Assembly: GCA_024275075.1 (NCBI GenBank)
Contig: JAJRZU010000043.1
Span: forward strand, 6,696 to 70,695
Length of the DNA stretch: 64,000 nucleotides
Direction of reading: 5' to 3'
Source of the DNA: Deltaproteobacteria bacterium
GTDB lineage: Bacteria > Desulfobacterota > JAJRXV01
Under the pieces are notes generated by a model, which did no database searches, had not been told where the DNA came from, and worked only from the letters and a program-made list of their open reading frames with translations. The stretch's first letter is position 1; each line of letters opens with the position of its first letter. Shown here piece after piece: positions 10,933-21,069 of this stretch. The translations under genes and the position numbers were made by a program.

Positions 10933-11697
10933 GTGTATTATTTGATGAAGAGTATATTTCGTAACTTATTTGTATCATTTATAATTCTCGCATTATTCTC
11001 GTGCGGCGGCAAGGATCTGAAGAAGAAGAAATTAGCGGAGGCGCATTACAAAATGGGGCTCTCATTCTTTAGTGAAGGCGACCCGACAGCCGCGTTAAAG
11101 GAATTCATGGGCGCTTATGAGAACGCCCCTGATGACTATGAAATAAACCACATGCTTGGTATCGCGTACCTGAAGAAGAAGGATTACGTTAATGCGGAAA
11201 AGCACTTATTAAAAGCGACAACGCTCAAAGATAATGCTTCTAAAGCCTATAACAGCCTGGGCGTCGTATACCTTGAATCGCACCGGTACATAGACGCCAT
11301 CGAGCAGTTTAAAAAAGCGGTCGATAATATCCTGTACGACACGCCCGAATACTCTTATGCCAATATGGGCTGGGCATATTACAAAAAAGGTGAGTTTATA
11401 GAAGCGAAGAAGGCGTACGAGAAGTCTATCGAGGTTGAGCCCCGCTTTGGCCTTGCGTATTTTAACCTTGGACTTTTATATTTCGACCTTGAAAAATATG
11501 ATGAGGCTGTCAAATAATATAATAATGCCATCCGCTACTTCCCAAATTATCTGGATGCGTGGTACAATTTGGGGTTGACTTATTTTAAGATGAAGAAGAA
11601 CATCAAAGCGGAAGAGGCATTTAGTAAAGTAACGGAAATTGCACCGGATTCTGAAAAAGCTGAGCTGGCGAAGGGTTATCTGGAACTTCTTAAATAA
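10933..11697 (+). pseudogene. TPR-repeat lipoprotein interrupted by an in-frame TAA at 11515-11517
   Basis: Lipobox LFSCGG, then TPR repeats. The frame continues through TAA as ...KYDEAVK*YNNAIRYFPNYLDAWYNLGLTYFKMKK... to a stop at 11695-11697. TAA occupies the position of the conserved Tyr of a TPR (TAT/TAC to TAA). Confidence 0.55.
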
Positions 11698-11707
11698 GGG
11701 GATTTTT

Positions 11708-12637
11708 TTGGAGAGTTTAGGTGAATACCTGAAAAAAGAGCGGGAGAAGAGAAATATCGAGTTGAAGGATATTTCCAAGAAGACCCGTATAAGCGTTCGG
11801 CTCCTCCATGCGTTAGAGAACGACGACAAATCAATCCTGCCAGGGGGTACGTTCAACAAAGGGTTCTTAAAAGCGTATGCGAAATACTTAGGGCTCGACG
11901 AGACGGAAGTCCTGACAAAGTATAGTCAGCTTTATCAAAGTGATAACAGCGCTTATGAAAAATATAAGTTAGAGATTATTGAGGACATAGACAAGAAACC
12001 AAAAAGACCGCTTGCCATTGTAATCATATTCCTTGTTGCGGCGGCTCTTTTTTATATGGCGTATAGCTACAAGAAGATACCACTGCAAGAGCGCTATGAC
12101 ACGACAACAAAAAAAAAATATCAGAATGAAAAGATAGCGAAAGAGGACAAAGTAACTAATAAGGAGAAGAAACCCGATGAAGCAACGCCAGCCAAAGAGT
12201 CGGTGCAAAAGGAGACGCGGCAACAGAACTTGAGCAAAGAGACGCCGGCAACAAAAGAGAGTGTCAAAGAAGAGACGCTAAAGGCAGACCCCGGGCAGAC
12301 AACACCTGTAAAAGAAGCGCCGCGAGAACCGTCACAAAAAGCGGCGGAAGCGACACCCGTCAAAGAAGAGACGCAGCAAAAGAAGGCGGTAAAAGAGGCG
12401 GGCAAAGGGCATACGATAGTATTTCGTGCCGAGGCCATGGTCTGGATGCGGATTCAGATAGATGACACCGATCCTTATGAAGTCATTTTAAGAAAAGGCG
12501 AGAGTTACAAAAGAGTGGCGGACAAGAAATTCAAGCTTAAGATCGGTAATGCTGGTAAGCTGCGGGTATCCCTTGATGGTAAGGACTTGGGTTACCTTGG
12601 TAAGGATAAAGAGGTGAAGGAAGTAACGCTTCCGTAA
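11708..12637 (+). CDS. rodZ: RodZ-like cytoskeleton protein (XRE HTH, TM, Lys/Glu/Pro-rich linker, DUF4115)
   Basis: The ORF frame opens at 11639, but that region overlaps the TPR gene tail. A likely TTG start at 11708 is preceded by AAGGGG. The protein has an N-terminal HTH (LGEYLKKEREKRNIELKDISKKTRISVRLLHALEND), one TM, a KE-rich spacer and a C-terminal DUF4115-like beta domain. Confidence 0.55.
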   Translation: MESLGEYLKKEREKRNIELKDISKKTRISVRLLHALENDDKSILPGGTFNKGFLKAYAKYLGLDETEVLTKYSQLYQSDNSAYEKYKLEIIEDIDKKPKRPLAIVIIFLVAAALFYMAYSYKKIPLQERYDTTTKKKYQNEKIAKEDKVTNKEKKPDEATPAKESVQKETRQQNLSKETPATKESVKEETLKADPGQTTPVKEAPREPSQKAAEATPVKEETQQKKAVKEAGKGHTIVFRAEAMVWMRIQIDDTDPYEVILRKGESYKRVADKKFKLKIGNAGKLRVSLDGKDLGYLGKDKEVKEVTLP

Positions 12638-12651
12638 ATGGAGGTAAGGTA

Positions 12652-13443
12652 ATGCGTGGTAACTTAGAGGAGACAATAAAGTATTTAAGAGCAAGGTGTG
12701 AACTCAATCCAGAAGTCGCGGTTGTGCTGGGCTCCGGGTTAAACACATTGATCGATGATCTGGACGTGAAGCTCAAGCTAAGCTATGATGATGTACCTCA
12801 TTTTTATCTTAGCTCCGTCAAAGGGCACAAGGGGAATATTGTCTATGCGAATGTTGATGGTAAGGAAGTGCTCTTGTTCCAGGGGCGGCTCCACCTTTAC
12901 GAGGGGTTTTCTCCTGATGAGGTCACTTTCTATGTACATCTTCTAAGCATCATCGGCGTCAAAAAGCTGATCATAACTAACGCCGCCGGCGCGATAAACG
13001 AGAGTTACCATACCGGTGATATAATGATAGTGAATGACCATATTAATATGACGGGCGTTTCGCCTTTGATGAATGACATCATCGATCCTAACAAGAGATT
13101 TGTTAATATGTGCAACGCGTATCAGATGGAACTATTTGATAATATTGACCTGTCTGGCCTGCCAGTACAAAAAGGCGTTTTGGCTCAGCTGCTGGGCCCG
13201 AACTATGAAACGGGCGCGGAAGTCAGGATGCTAAGGAGACTTGGCGCCGACGCGGTGACTATGTCAAGCGTTATTGAAGCTATAACGGCACGATACTATA
13301 ATATGGGGACGATATGTCTTTCGATGATCACCAACGAACCGAACCATGACAAAAACACGTCGCATGAACATGTTGTAGTCAATGCGAATAAATACAAGGC
13401 GACATTTATTGATCTATTGACCAGAGTGATCAAAGCATTTTAG
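12652..13443 (+). CDS. Purine nucleoside phosphorylase (PNP/MTAP family)
   Basis: 263 aa with VVLGSGLN, YETGAEVRMLRRLGADAVTMS and NAAG motifs. Confidence 0.8.
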   Translation: MRGNLEETIKYLRARCELNPEVAVVLGSGLNTLIDDLDVKLKLSYDDVPHFYLSSVKGHKGNIVYANVDGKEVLLFQGRLHLYEGFSPDEVTFYVHLLSIIGVKKLIITNAAGAINESYHTGDIMIVNDHINMTGVSPLMNDIIDPNKRFVNMCNAYQMELFDNIDLSGLPVQKGVLAQLLGPNYETGAEVRMLRRLGADAVTMSSVIEAITARYYNMGTICLSMITNEPNHDKNTSHEHVVVNANKYKATFIDLLTRVIKAF

Positions 13444-13571
13444 GCGGTTGAATAAAGAGGCAGGGGTACCCGATGATATACAGAGCGTAGAACAGGGTAA
13501 TAGCAGCATACCCCATTAAATAAACAATGACCTCTTTGTGAATAAAATTTTTCATTACAAGGAGAGAAGAT

Positions 13572-15710
13572 ATGAGGTCATCAGCTAAATTCGTTTTATT
13601 ATTATTTCTTGCGTTATTCCTTTCATTTCCGGTCACAGGTTGTGATATCGGCGGCAGCAGCGGCAGCTCTACGGATAATGACGATGACGGCTTCCCCAAG
13701 GGTAAAGACTGTAATGACAATAATGCAGATATCCATCCAGACGCTATTGAGATACCGAATGACGGTATTGACCAGGACTGCGACGGTTCTGACTCCAGCA
13801 GCTACTATAAAGACGCGGACGGTGACGGGTATGGAAATGCAAACGATTCGAGCATAGCATCCACACAGCCTGACGGATATGTCGTTAACGATGATGACTG
13901 CAACGACGACGACGCGGATATCGACCCTTATGCCGCAGAGTTATGCGACGGTGTTGACCAGAACTGCAACGGGCAGATAGATGAGAGTTGCACTTCATAT
14001 TACTATGATTCTGATGGTGACGGGTACGGTGACCCAAACAACACGACTTCGGGGATGACCCAGCCTGACGGATATGTGACGAACAGCGAAGATTGCGATG
14101 ACTTAGACGCTACTGTCAATCCGGCGGCGGTGGAGTTATGCGACGGCATTGACCAGGATTGCGACGGTCAGGCAGACGAGGGTTGTATCAGTTATTACCT
14201 TGATGCGGACGGTGACGGCTACGGGGATTCGGGCGCCGCGGTCACCGCTGCTACTCCTCCCGCCGGTTATGTAAGCAACGGCGATGACTGCGACGATGCG
14301 AACGCGGATATCAACCCGGCGGCGGCGGAGACATGCGACGGGCTGGACAACAACTGCGACGGCCTGATTGATGACACGTGCCTTAAAGTACCAGAAGATT
14401 ATTTGACTATTCAGGCGGCGATCGACTCGGCGCCGACAAACAGCATTATATACGTTAACGACGGTACATATTATGAGAGCATAGATTTTAAAGGTAAATC
14501 GATCACTATTCAATCGATCAACGGCGCGGCTGGCGCTGCTATCGATGGAAGCGGTAGCGCTACGGTAGTCATCTTCGGCGCCGGCGAATCGTCAAGCACG
14601 GTGTTAGACGGGTTCACCATCACCAACGGCGACACAGCTTTTGCCGGCGGTATCTACATAAGCGGCAGCTCTCCCACTATCAAAAATTGTATCATCTCAA
14701 ACAACTCCGCAAACACGGGTAGCGGCGGCGGCGTCTATTCCATAAGCAATTCATCACCGACATTTGAGAACTGTACTATCTCAAACAATACAGCGGCCGC
14801 AAGCGGCGGCGGGATTTACTCTGATAATTCCACATTGACGCTGACTTCGAGCACTATCAGCAATAACACTGCCGATGAACATGGCGGTGGGATTTATATC
14901 GATTCCAAACCGCTTTCTATGACATCCACTACTATCAGCGATAATACCGCCAACTGGGGCGGCGGCGCGATTTTTGGCAACGATTCGACCATCACCGCGT
15001 CCTATTCTGATATCAGTAATAATGTCGCAAACTCTGCCGGCGGCGCTTTTTATACAAATAATTCAACTGTGACGATAGCATCTTCCTCTATAGCTGACAA
15101 CTCAGTTAACTCATCGGGTGGCGGCGGTTTCTGGATGAACGGTAGCGGCGGCGCTGTTTATAGTGACGCTTCCACGTGGACGATAACTAACAGCGTGATT
15201 GACGGTAACAGCGCGGTTGGCGGCGGTGGCGGAATAGTTTGTGACTGGAGCTCACAGCTAAACTTCACAAATTGCATTATAACCAATAATGCCGCGAACT
15301 ATGGCGGTTTCTTCTTCTTGTACTGGTACTCCTCATCCACGATAAAGAACTGTACGATAAGCAATAATTCGGCGACTACCGAAGGCGGCGCGATCTACTG
15401 TTCATATGAGAGCCTGACAATAGTCAACAGTATCCTGTGGGGCGATACAGCCGCTGCCAATAACGAAATATCGCCTTCGCCTAATGGCACCGTTGATATC
15501 ACATACTCTGACATCGACGGCGGATGGACTGCGACCGGTAACATAAACGCTGACCCGCTCTTTTCTGCCAGTGGCAACTACCGCCTTGGCGCCGGTTCTC
15601 CGTGCATCGATGCCGGTACGGCAACAGGCGCGCCGGCTGACGATATCGACGGTGATACAAGACCGCAGGGCAGCGGCATCGATATGGGGGCGGATGAGTA
15701 CGCGCAGTAA
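13572..15710 (+). CDS. Surface lipoprotein with four MopE-like Cys-rich metal-binding repeats and a right-handed parallel beta-helix domain
   Basis: Signal peptide plus lipobox (VTGCD). It has four repeats of DGxDQDCDG...DADGDGYG...CDDxDAxIxPxAxExCDGxDxNC, then many NxxANxGGGIY beta-helix turns and a C-terminal DIDGDTRPQGSGIDMGADE tail. Confidence 0.6.
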   Translation: MRSSAKFVLLLFLALFLSFPVTGCDIGGSSGSSTDNDDDGFPKGKDCNDNNADIHPDAIEIPNDGIDQDCDGSDSSSYYKDADGDGYGNANDSSIASTQPDGYVVNDDDCNDDDADIDPYAAELCDGVDQNCNGQIDESCTSYYYDSDGDGYGDPNNTTSGMTQPDGYVTNSEDCDDLDATVNPAAVELCDGIDQDCDGQADEGCISYYLDADGDGYGDSGAAVTAATPPAGYVSNGDDCDDANADINPAAAETCDGLDNNCDGLIDDTCLKVPEDYLTIQAAIDSAPTNSIIYVNDGTYYESIDFKGKSITIQSINGAAGAAIDGSGSATVVIFGAGESSSTVLDGFTITNGDTAFAGGIYISGSSPTIKNCIISNNSANTGSGGGVYSISNSSPTFENCTISNNTAAASGGGIYSDNSTLTLTSSTISNNTADEHGGGIYIDSKPLSMTSTTISDNTANWGGGAIFGNDSTITASYSDISNNVANSAGGAFYTNNSTVTIASSSIADNSVNSSGGGGFWMNGSGGAVYSDASTWTITNSVIDGNSAVGGGGGIVCDWSSQLNFTNCIITNNAANYGGFFFLYWYSSSTIKNCTISNNSATTEGGAIYCSYESLTIVNSILWGDTAAANNEISPSPNGTVDITYSDIDGGWTATGNINADPLFSASGNYRLGAGSPCIDAGTATGAPADDIDGDTRPQGSGIDMGADEYAQ

Positions 15711-15792
15711 CGCGCGAGCCGCTTGACCTGATGATAAATCTGGCGTCCTCGCCGTCGGGGCGTTGGCGGCATGGAAGGTAATGGAACCGGCG

Positions 15793-16488
15793 CTATTCTC
15801 TTAGTTTCTTTACTTCGTGGAAGAATTCGGAGATTGTCGTGATGCCCTTTTTGACAAGGATATTCCTTATCGCTCTTAGCTCTAAGAGGACCTCCTCGAT
15901 GTCGTGATCGCTTTGCACCGCCGGTTTCGCTTCGGTCGCCTCTTCCCGGCCCCTGAATATCTCTAAGTTGTCATCTATGTCAGACAAATCGATCTTTATC
16001 GGTTCGTTTGTAGTATCTATTTTCGGTGATATCGATTTATTCCCATAATAATATATCTGGATAGCACGCCATATAGCGCCTTCTTGAGCAATGCCCGCTT
16101 TCACCTTCATACCCGTAGAGAACTGTATCTCATCTATCGCGCCTAAGTCAAGCGGATCCGCCATAGCGATAAGCACGGTATAGGAACCTGCACTGCTCTT
16201 ACTCGCGACAGGCATCAGCATATATTTTTCAGCGACTTCTTTTGTTATTATCTTGATCACGTTATCCTTGATCCTTATAGAACCAAGATCGATACTGGGG
16301 ATACTAAGCTGGTGGCTGAGAAACTGAGCGAGCTTCTCCTCCTTGATGAACCCCATATTGACAAGAATAGAGCCTAACCTGCCGCCCCATTCGCGCTGGT
16401 TCGTCAAGGCGATAGCAAGCTGGTTCTTATTGATCAGCCCCGCATCGAGCAACATCTCGCCTAACTTCACCTTACTCTTGCTTTTCAT
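15793..16488 (-). CDS. Stand-alone T2SSE_N / MshEN-domain protein (putative c-di-GMP receptor)
   Basis: The N-terminus KLGEMLLDAGLINKNQLAIALTNQ matches the 24-residue MshEN c-di-GMP-binding motif RLGxxLLxxGLIxxxQLxxALxxQ. A second copy (GRLGSILVNMGFIKEEKLAQFLSHQ) follows. Confidence 0.5.
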   Translation of the reverse strand: MKSKSKVKLGEMLLDAGLINKNQLAIALTNQREWGGRLGSILVNMGFIKEEKLAQFLSHQLSIPSIDLGSIRIKDNVIKIITKEVAEKYMLMPVASKSSAGSYTVLIAMADPLDLGAIDEIQFSTGMKVKAGIAQEGAIWRAIQIYYYGNKSISPKIDTTNEPIKIDLSDIDDNLEIFRGREEATEAKPAVQSDHDIEEVLLELRAIRNILVKKGITTISEFFHEVKKLRE

Positions 16489-16570
16489 AGCACCTCCTTT
16501 TGATGAAATAAGTCAAGGCGTAGGTCGAGGCAGCGGCAACGTGCCTCGGCCTACGAATGTACATCTTCAT

Positions 16571-17545
16571 TTACTCATGCCTGATCCTCGGGTCGGCGAA
16601 CGCGTAAGAGATATCCGCGACAAGATTACCGATCAGAGTCAGAATCGCACCGATAACCAGTATCCCCATGATTACAGGGTAATCCCGTGACATAACGCTC
16701 GTATAAAAAAGCATACCCATACCCGGTATCGCGAATATCGTCTCGAATATTACAGATCCGCCGATAAGAGCCGGTATCGAAAAGCCTATTATTGTGATGA
16801 CCGGTAAAAGGGCGTTCCTCAGGGCGTGCTTATATATTACAACCCGTTCTTTGAGCCCCTTTGCGCGCGCGGTCAGGATATAGTCCTGCCGGATCACCTC
16901 TAACATGTTTCCGCGCATGTACCGGGAAATTCCCGCCAGTCCGCCGAATGACGAGATAAATATCGGTAATACCAGGTGTTTCGAGACGTCAATGAACTTC
17001 TGGGCGGTGGTGAAGTTAGCGGTGTACAGTGAACTCCACCCGGATATAGGTAATATACCGAGTTTCACCCCGAACAGTATCATCAAAAGTATCGCGAGCC
17101 AGAACGTGGGCGTCGCGAAACCGATAAAGACGAACACTGTCGTAAGCTTATCTATAAGACTGTATTGGTGCGTGGCGGACATTATCCCGATCGGTATTGC
17201 CAGGAAGAAGATGACGGCCATGGATAGCACGTTAATTATTATTGTTTTCGGGAGGCTCTCTTTGATCTTGGTGAGGACAGGTTTCCCATCAGGTGAGAAT
17301 GAATCACCGAAATCAAGCACCACGACCTTTTGCACCCAGTCAAAGTACTGAACGTGGAGAGGCCTGTCAAGACCGTAATATTTCCTTAAACGCTCCTTCA
17401 TCTCTTTCGTCGCCTTCGGGTTCAAGTCCGTTGCTATATCAATGGGTTCTCCCGGCGCTAAGTGCATCACACCAAAAGAAATCACAGTAATGCCAAACAG
17501 AAGCGGCACCATCATTACTAAGCGTTTTAGAATATATTTTAACAT
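16571..17545 (-). CDS. Oligopeptide/dipeptide ABC transporter permease (OppB/DppB family)
   Basis: 324 aa with 6 TM helices and the BPD_transp_1 signature region. Preceded by the substrate-binding protein gene. Confidence 0.8.
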   Translation of the reverse strand: MLKYILKRLVMMVPLLFGITVISFGVMHLAPGEPIDIATDLNPKATKEMKERLRKYYGLDRPLHVQYFDWVQKVVVLDFGDSFSPDGKPVLTKIKESLPKTIIINVLSMAVIFFLAIPIGIMSATHQYSLIDKLTTVFVFIGFATPTFWLAILLMILFGVKLGILPISGWSSLYTANFTTAQKFIDVSKHLVLPIFISSFGGLAGISRYMRGNMLEVIRQDYILTARAKGLKERVVIYKHALRNALLPVITIIGFSIPALIGGSVIFETIFAIPGMGMLFYTSVMSRDYPVIMGILVIGAILTLIGNLVADISYAFADPRIRHE

Positions 17546-17596
17546 AGTTAATTCAAATTATATCAAATAACAAGAGAATTTCACTTTTCCTTTAAA

Positions 17597-19243
17597 TTAT
17601 TCCTTGTATACCTGCAACTCCTTAGGAACATACCACTTTATGAAATTATGCGTTATCCCAGAAGGCGCCGGTTCTATCTCCTGGAACCGCGAGCTGATCA
17701 CCGGCAGAGCTTCGGCTACATATAAGAAGACATAAGGCACCTCTTCGGCGAGAATCTCCTGGAACTTGTAATAATATTTTTTCCGCTCCTCCTGGTCAAA
17801 AGTCGTGCGCCCCTTCTCTAACATCTCATCTACCTCTTTGTTTTTATACGTTACAAAATTCAGCTCGCCCTCTTTTGTCTTGCTCGAATGCCATATATCA
17901 TACGCGTCAGGATCGCGCGAGAGCCCCCAACCCAGGACAAGCGCCTCGAACTTCTTCTTGTTGACAAATTCGTTGATGAACGTCGCCCACTCATAGATCC
18001 TTATCTCTACTTTTATACCGACCTGCTTCAACTGAGCCTGGATTATCTCGCACACCTTGCGCCTGACATCATTACCCTGGTTGGTAATAATAGTAAATTC
18101 AAACGGCTTGCCGGCTTTATCAAGGATACCGTCATCATTCGTATCCTTCCAGCCAGACTCCGCTAAAAGGAGCTTAGCCTTCTTCGGATTATACGGGTAC
18201 TTCTTCACAGCACTGTTATGAAACCAGGTCTCCGGCTTATATGGGCCGGTGGCGACCCTGCCCAGACCGAAAAGCACCCCTTTGATTATCGCCTCTTTGT
18301 TAATGGAATAGTCGATCGCCTGCCTGACGCGCTTATCCTTAAACTTATCGTTCGTCAGGTTGAACCCCATGTAGGTGTACCCATTAGCTAAATATTTGTA
18401 TTTATTGAATTTTTCGTTGAATTTGGCAGAGCCAGTCTGCTTCGTGTACTGCACGGGGTCAAGACCCATAAAATCGATGCCGCCGGATTGCAGCTCTAAG
18501 AACATCGTCGCGGTGTCAGGTATTATGCGGTTGATTATCTTGTCGATATATGGCCTGCCCTCGAAGTAGTTATCGTTCGCGACCAGCACTATCTTCTCTT
18601 TTGGCAGCCACTGTTTGAATTTAAACGGCCCCGTACCGACGGGTTGTGTAGCCAGCGAAGTGGTCTTTAGGGTCTTCCCCTCCATCAGGTGCTTGGGTAG
18701 TATCCATATCCCCAAGCTGATGAGCGCCGGCGCGAAAGGTTCGTCATAAGTCACCTCGATGGTGTACAGATCCTTCACCTCAACGGATTTCACCATCAAA
18801 AAGTCACCGGCGTAAGCTGTCGGGGTGTCAGGGTCTACCATGAACTTGTAGGTGAACAGTACATCGTCGGCGGTAAAGAGTTCACCGTCATGCCACAGGA
18901 CGCCCTTGCGCAGATAGAAGGTTATCTTCAGCCCGTCCTCGGAGATGTCCCAGGACTCCGCGAGCTCACCCTCGATGTTCAGGTTCTTGTCGTAGCGAAC
19001 GAGACCGTTGTAAATATAGCTCCCGATCTCCTGCGAAGAACCGTCAGAGGTGATATGCGGTATGAGCCCGGATATGTCGCCGATCGAACCCATGACGATC
19101 GTATCACCATAGGCCGGTTTGTAATCTACCTTCTTATCAGCCGGTATTGCCGCCTTGTCGCCCGCGCCATCCTTGTTACCGCAACTGGTAATGACCAGTG
19201 ACAACATAACGACAAGTAGTATCCTCCTGATAATTCTATTCAT
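17597..19243 (-). CDS. ABC transporter substrate-binding lipoprotein, family 5 (peptide/nickel)
   Basis: 548 aa with lipoprotein signal LVITSCGN and SBP_bac_5 architecture. Confidence 0.8.
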   Translation of the reverse strand: MNRIIRRILLVVMLSLVITSCGNKDGAGDKAAIPADKKVDYKPAYGDTIVMGSIGDISGLIPHITSDGSSQEIGSYIYNGLVRYDKNLNIEGELAESWDISEDGLKITFYLRKGVLWHDGELFTADDVLFTYKFMVDPDTPTAYAGDFLMVKSVEVKDLYTIEVTYDEPFAPALISLGIWILPKHLMEGKTLKTTSLATQPVGTGPFKFKQWLPKEKIVLVANDNYFEGRPYIDKIINRIIPDTATMFLELQSGGIDFMGLDPVQYTKQTGSAKFNEKFNKYKYLANGYTYMGFNLTNDKFKDKRVRQAIDYSINKEAIIKGVLFGLGRVATGPYKPETWFHNSAVKKYPYNPKKAKLLLAESGWKDTNDDGILDKAGKPFEFTIITNQGNDVRRKVCEIIQAQLKQVGIKVEIRIYEWATFINEFVNKKKFEALVLGWGLSRDPDAYDIWHSSKTKEGELNFVTYKNKEVDEMLEKGRTTFDQEERKKYYYKFQEILAEEVPYVFLYVAEALPVISSRFQEIEPAPSGITHNFIKWYVPKELQVYKE

Positions 19244-19258
19244 AAAGTCTCCCGTTGG

Positions 19259-19762
19259 TCAAAAGCTCATTTTCTGGATCTTTTCGTTCTTCTGGATAAC
19301 GCGCTTCTTCATATCTTTGCGGTACTTTCCCAGCCGCGCGCGGATCTTTTCATCACACAACGCGAGTATCGCGAGCGCAAAAAGAGCGGCGTTCTTGGCG
19401 CCCGCCTTACCTATCGCCATGGTTGCGACCGGCACCCCGCCGGGCATCTGCGCCGTGGACAAAAGCGCATCCATCCCGCTTAAAGGAGAGGAATCTATCG
19501 GTATCCCGATTACAGGTAATTTCGTGTGAGCGGCGATTATCCCGCCTAAGTGCGCGGCTGCGCCTGCCGCGGCTATTATCACCTTGATACCGTTTTCTTC
19601 GGCGTTTACAGCGAAATCAGCGACTAAATCCGGCGTCCTGTGCGCGGACGCGACGCGCACTGAGTATGCGACGCCAAACTCCTTTAAGACCTTTAGACAC
19701 TCGCTGACTACACCAATATCTGAGTCGCTACCCATTACTATCGCGATTAAGCTGTCACTCAT
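19259..19762 (-). CDS. purE: N5-carboxyaminoimidazole ribonucleotide mutase PurE
   Basis: 167 aa with VAIVMGSDSD and IIAAAGAAAHLGG...PVIGIP motifs. Confidence 0.85.
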   Translation of the reverse strand: MSDSLIAIVMGSDSDIGVVSECLKVLKEFGVAYSVRVASAHRTPDLVADFAVNAEENGIKVIIAAAGAAAHLGGIIAAHTKLPVIGIPIDSSPLSGMDALLSTAQMPGGVPVATMAIGKAGAKNAALFALAILALCDEKIRARLGKYRKDMKKRVIQKNEKIQKMSF

Positions 19763-19983
19763 AACGTCTCCTCTTTTAATGATTTATAATAACAAATAAT
19801 AGGTTCTTTTAAAAGCTTTTTATCTACCGCCGCGTGCGAACGACCAAACTACATAGGCCTTTAATTATCCGGTGACCGTATTTATGTGCATTAGAAGCTA
19901 TTATCAGCGGTATTTCCATTATAGCACTTGTATATTTCAATGCAAAGGGATTTTTTGGTTAATGCGTATTAGCGTCCTGCAAG

Positions 19984-20013
19984 TTATTTTTTTCTTGACT
20001 TGTATTATAAACA
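19984..20013 (+). promoter_or_regulatory. Candidate sigma70 promoter upstream of hup
   Basis: TTGACT (19984-19989), an 18-nt spacer, then TATATT (20008-20013). It lies about 230 nt upstream of the hup start. Confidence 0.25.
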
Positions 20014-20241
20014 TAAACTATATTACCTGCACAATGACTGTTTGAGCCATCGAGATGGACTATAAGGAGTCTCTTGATTTTGATATCGTGGATTTTGTGC
20101 TGATATTGACACAAGGCTCCTGTTATCCCTTGAACATTATTGAATGATACTGTGCAAAGCATACTCATGTATGATACGCATATTAAGGATGTAACATCTT
20201 AAAACATTATTAATTGACTATTTTAAAGGGGGATGTATCAG

Positions 20242-20517
20242 ATGAACAAGACAGATTTAGTAGCGAAGATCGCGGATGGAGCGGAGATTTCAAAGACAGC
20301 GGCGGCTAAGGCATTAAACGCGTTTACAACAAGTATCACAAAAGCATTGAAAAAGGGCGATAAAGTTACGTTAGTCGGTTTCGGGACTTTCTCTGTTGTC
20401 AAAAGAAAGGCGAGAAACGGCGTAAACCCTCAAACAGGCGAGAAGATAAAGATCAAGGCAAGAAAAGTTCCAAAGTTTACATGCGGAAAAGCTTTGAAGG
20501 AATCCATAAAAAAGTAA
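20242..20517 (+). CDS. hup: DNA-binding protein HU
   Basis: MNKTDLVAKIA...GFGTFSVVKRKARNGVNPQTGEKIKI is the canonical HU/IHF fold. ATG 20242 sits 9 nt after an AAAGGGGG RBS. Confidence 0.85.
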   Translation: MNKTDLVAKIADGAEISKTAAAKALNAFTTSITKALKKGDKVTLVGFGTFSVVKRKARNGVNPQTGEKIKIKARKVPKFTCGKALKESIKK

Positions 20518-20580
20518 TATAACTTTACCATTGATGTATATACTGAACCGCTGCCGCCAGGAAGGCGGCAGGTTCGAATA

Positions 20581-20802
20581 GTCGGCAAAAAGCCCGACTT
20601 ACGATATGCGAGGGAAGCGCCCTGAATGTCATTGCGAGGCGCTCACGGTCTTTGTGAGTACTGTGGCAATCTCATCTTTTAATGCATTATACGAAAGACA
20701 AATGATGGGATCGCCGCGTCGTTTGCATAAAGCCGCTACGCATCTAGATGCTCACTCCTCGCGATGCCAGTTGCGCTTAGTTATTGCTGTAACATGTTGT
20801 GC
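20581..20802. repeat. Composite mosaic intergenic repeat (modules D, C and A-like) carrying a nested insertion of about 134 bp
   Basis: GTCGGCAAAAAGCC (20581-20594) and AAAGCCGCTACG...CGCTTAGTTATTGC (20728-20787) are contiguous in the compact copy at 45033-45112. Here they are separated by 134 bp flanked by AAAGCC direct repeats. The insert carries GTCATTGCGAGGCGC, the inverted end of repeat family B. Confidence 0.5.
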
Positions 20803-20955
20803 TAAGAAGCCTTCTATTTTATACTGAAGTTTTCGCCTAAAGGCGGGGGATTTTATATCCCATTAATGAGACATTAGTAAAACCACTGCGCGACCATCAT
20901 TGCTATTTTTTTTGTGACGAAGCAATCTCATAAGTTATCGATACCACTAAAGACG

Positions 20956-21004
20956 AGATTGCCGCGCCGCTTTCTGAAAAGCGCGAAGGCGCCTCGCAAT
21001 GACC
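20956..21004. repeat. Repeat family B copy (AGATTGCCGCGCCGnTTTCTGAAAAGCG...GCGCCTCGCAATGAC)
   Basis: Near-identical 47-49-nt sequence at 56089-56135, and its terminal 15-mer in inverse orientation at 20628-20642. Confidence 0.5.
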
Positions 21005-21069
21005 AAAATGTGAGCTTTTTCAGGTCGTGCCAAGGTCTTTTAATAGAATTTTTATCATAGGGGTAATAA

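Noticed and set aside
13430-13720. 96-aa minus-strand ORF between the PNP gene and the MopE-like lipoprotein gene
   Set aside because: It overlaps the start and signal-peptide region of 13572..15710 on the opposite strand. It is a shadow ORF.
20566-20580. tRNA-like GGTTCGAAT T-loop motif after hup
   Set aside because: No acceptor-stem, D-arm or anticodon-arm complement around it. It is part of a simple hairpin (CTGCCGCC-aggaa-GGCGGCAG) leading into repeat module D.
20606-20827. 73-aa ORF in the hup-pycB intergenic region
   Set aside because: It lies entirely on mosaic repeat modules, has no RBS, and has an odd composition. Almost certainly non-coding.
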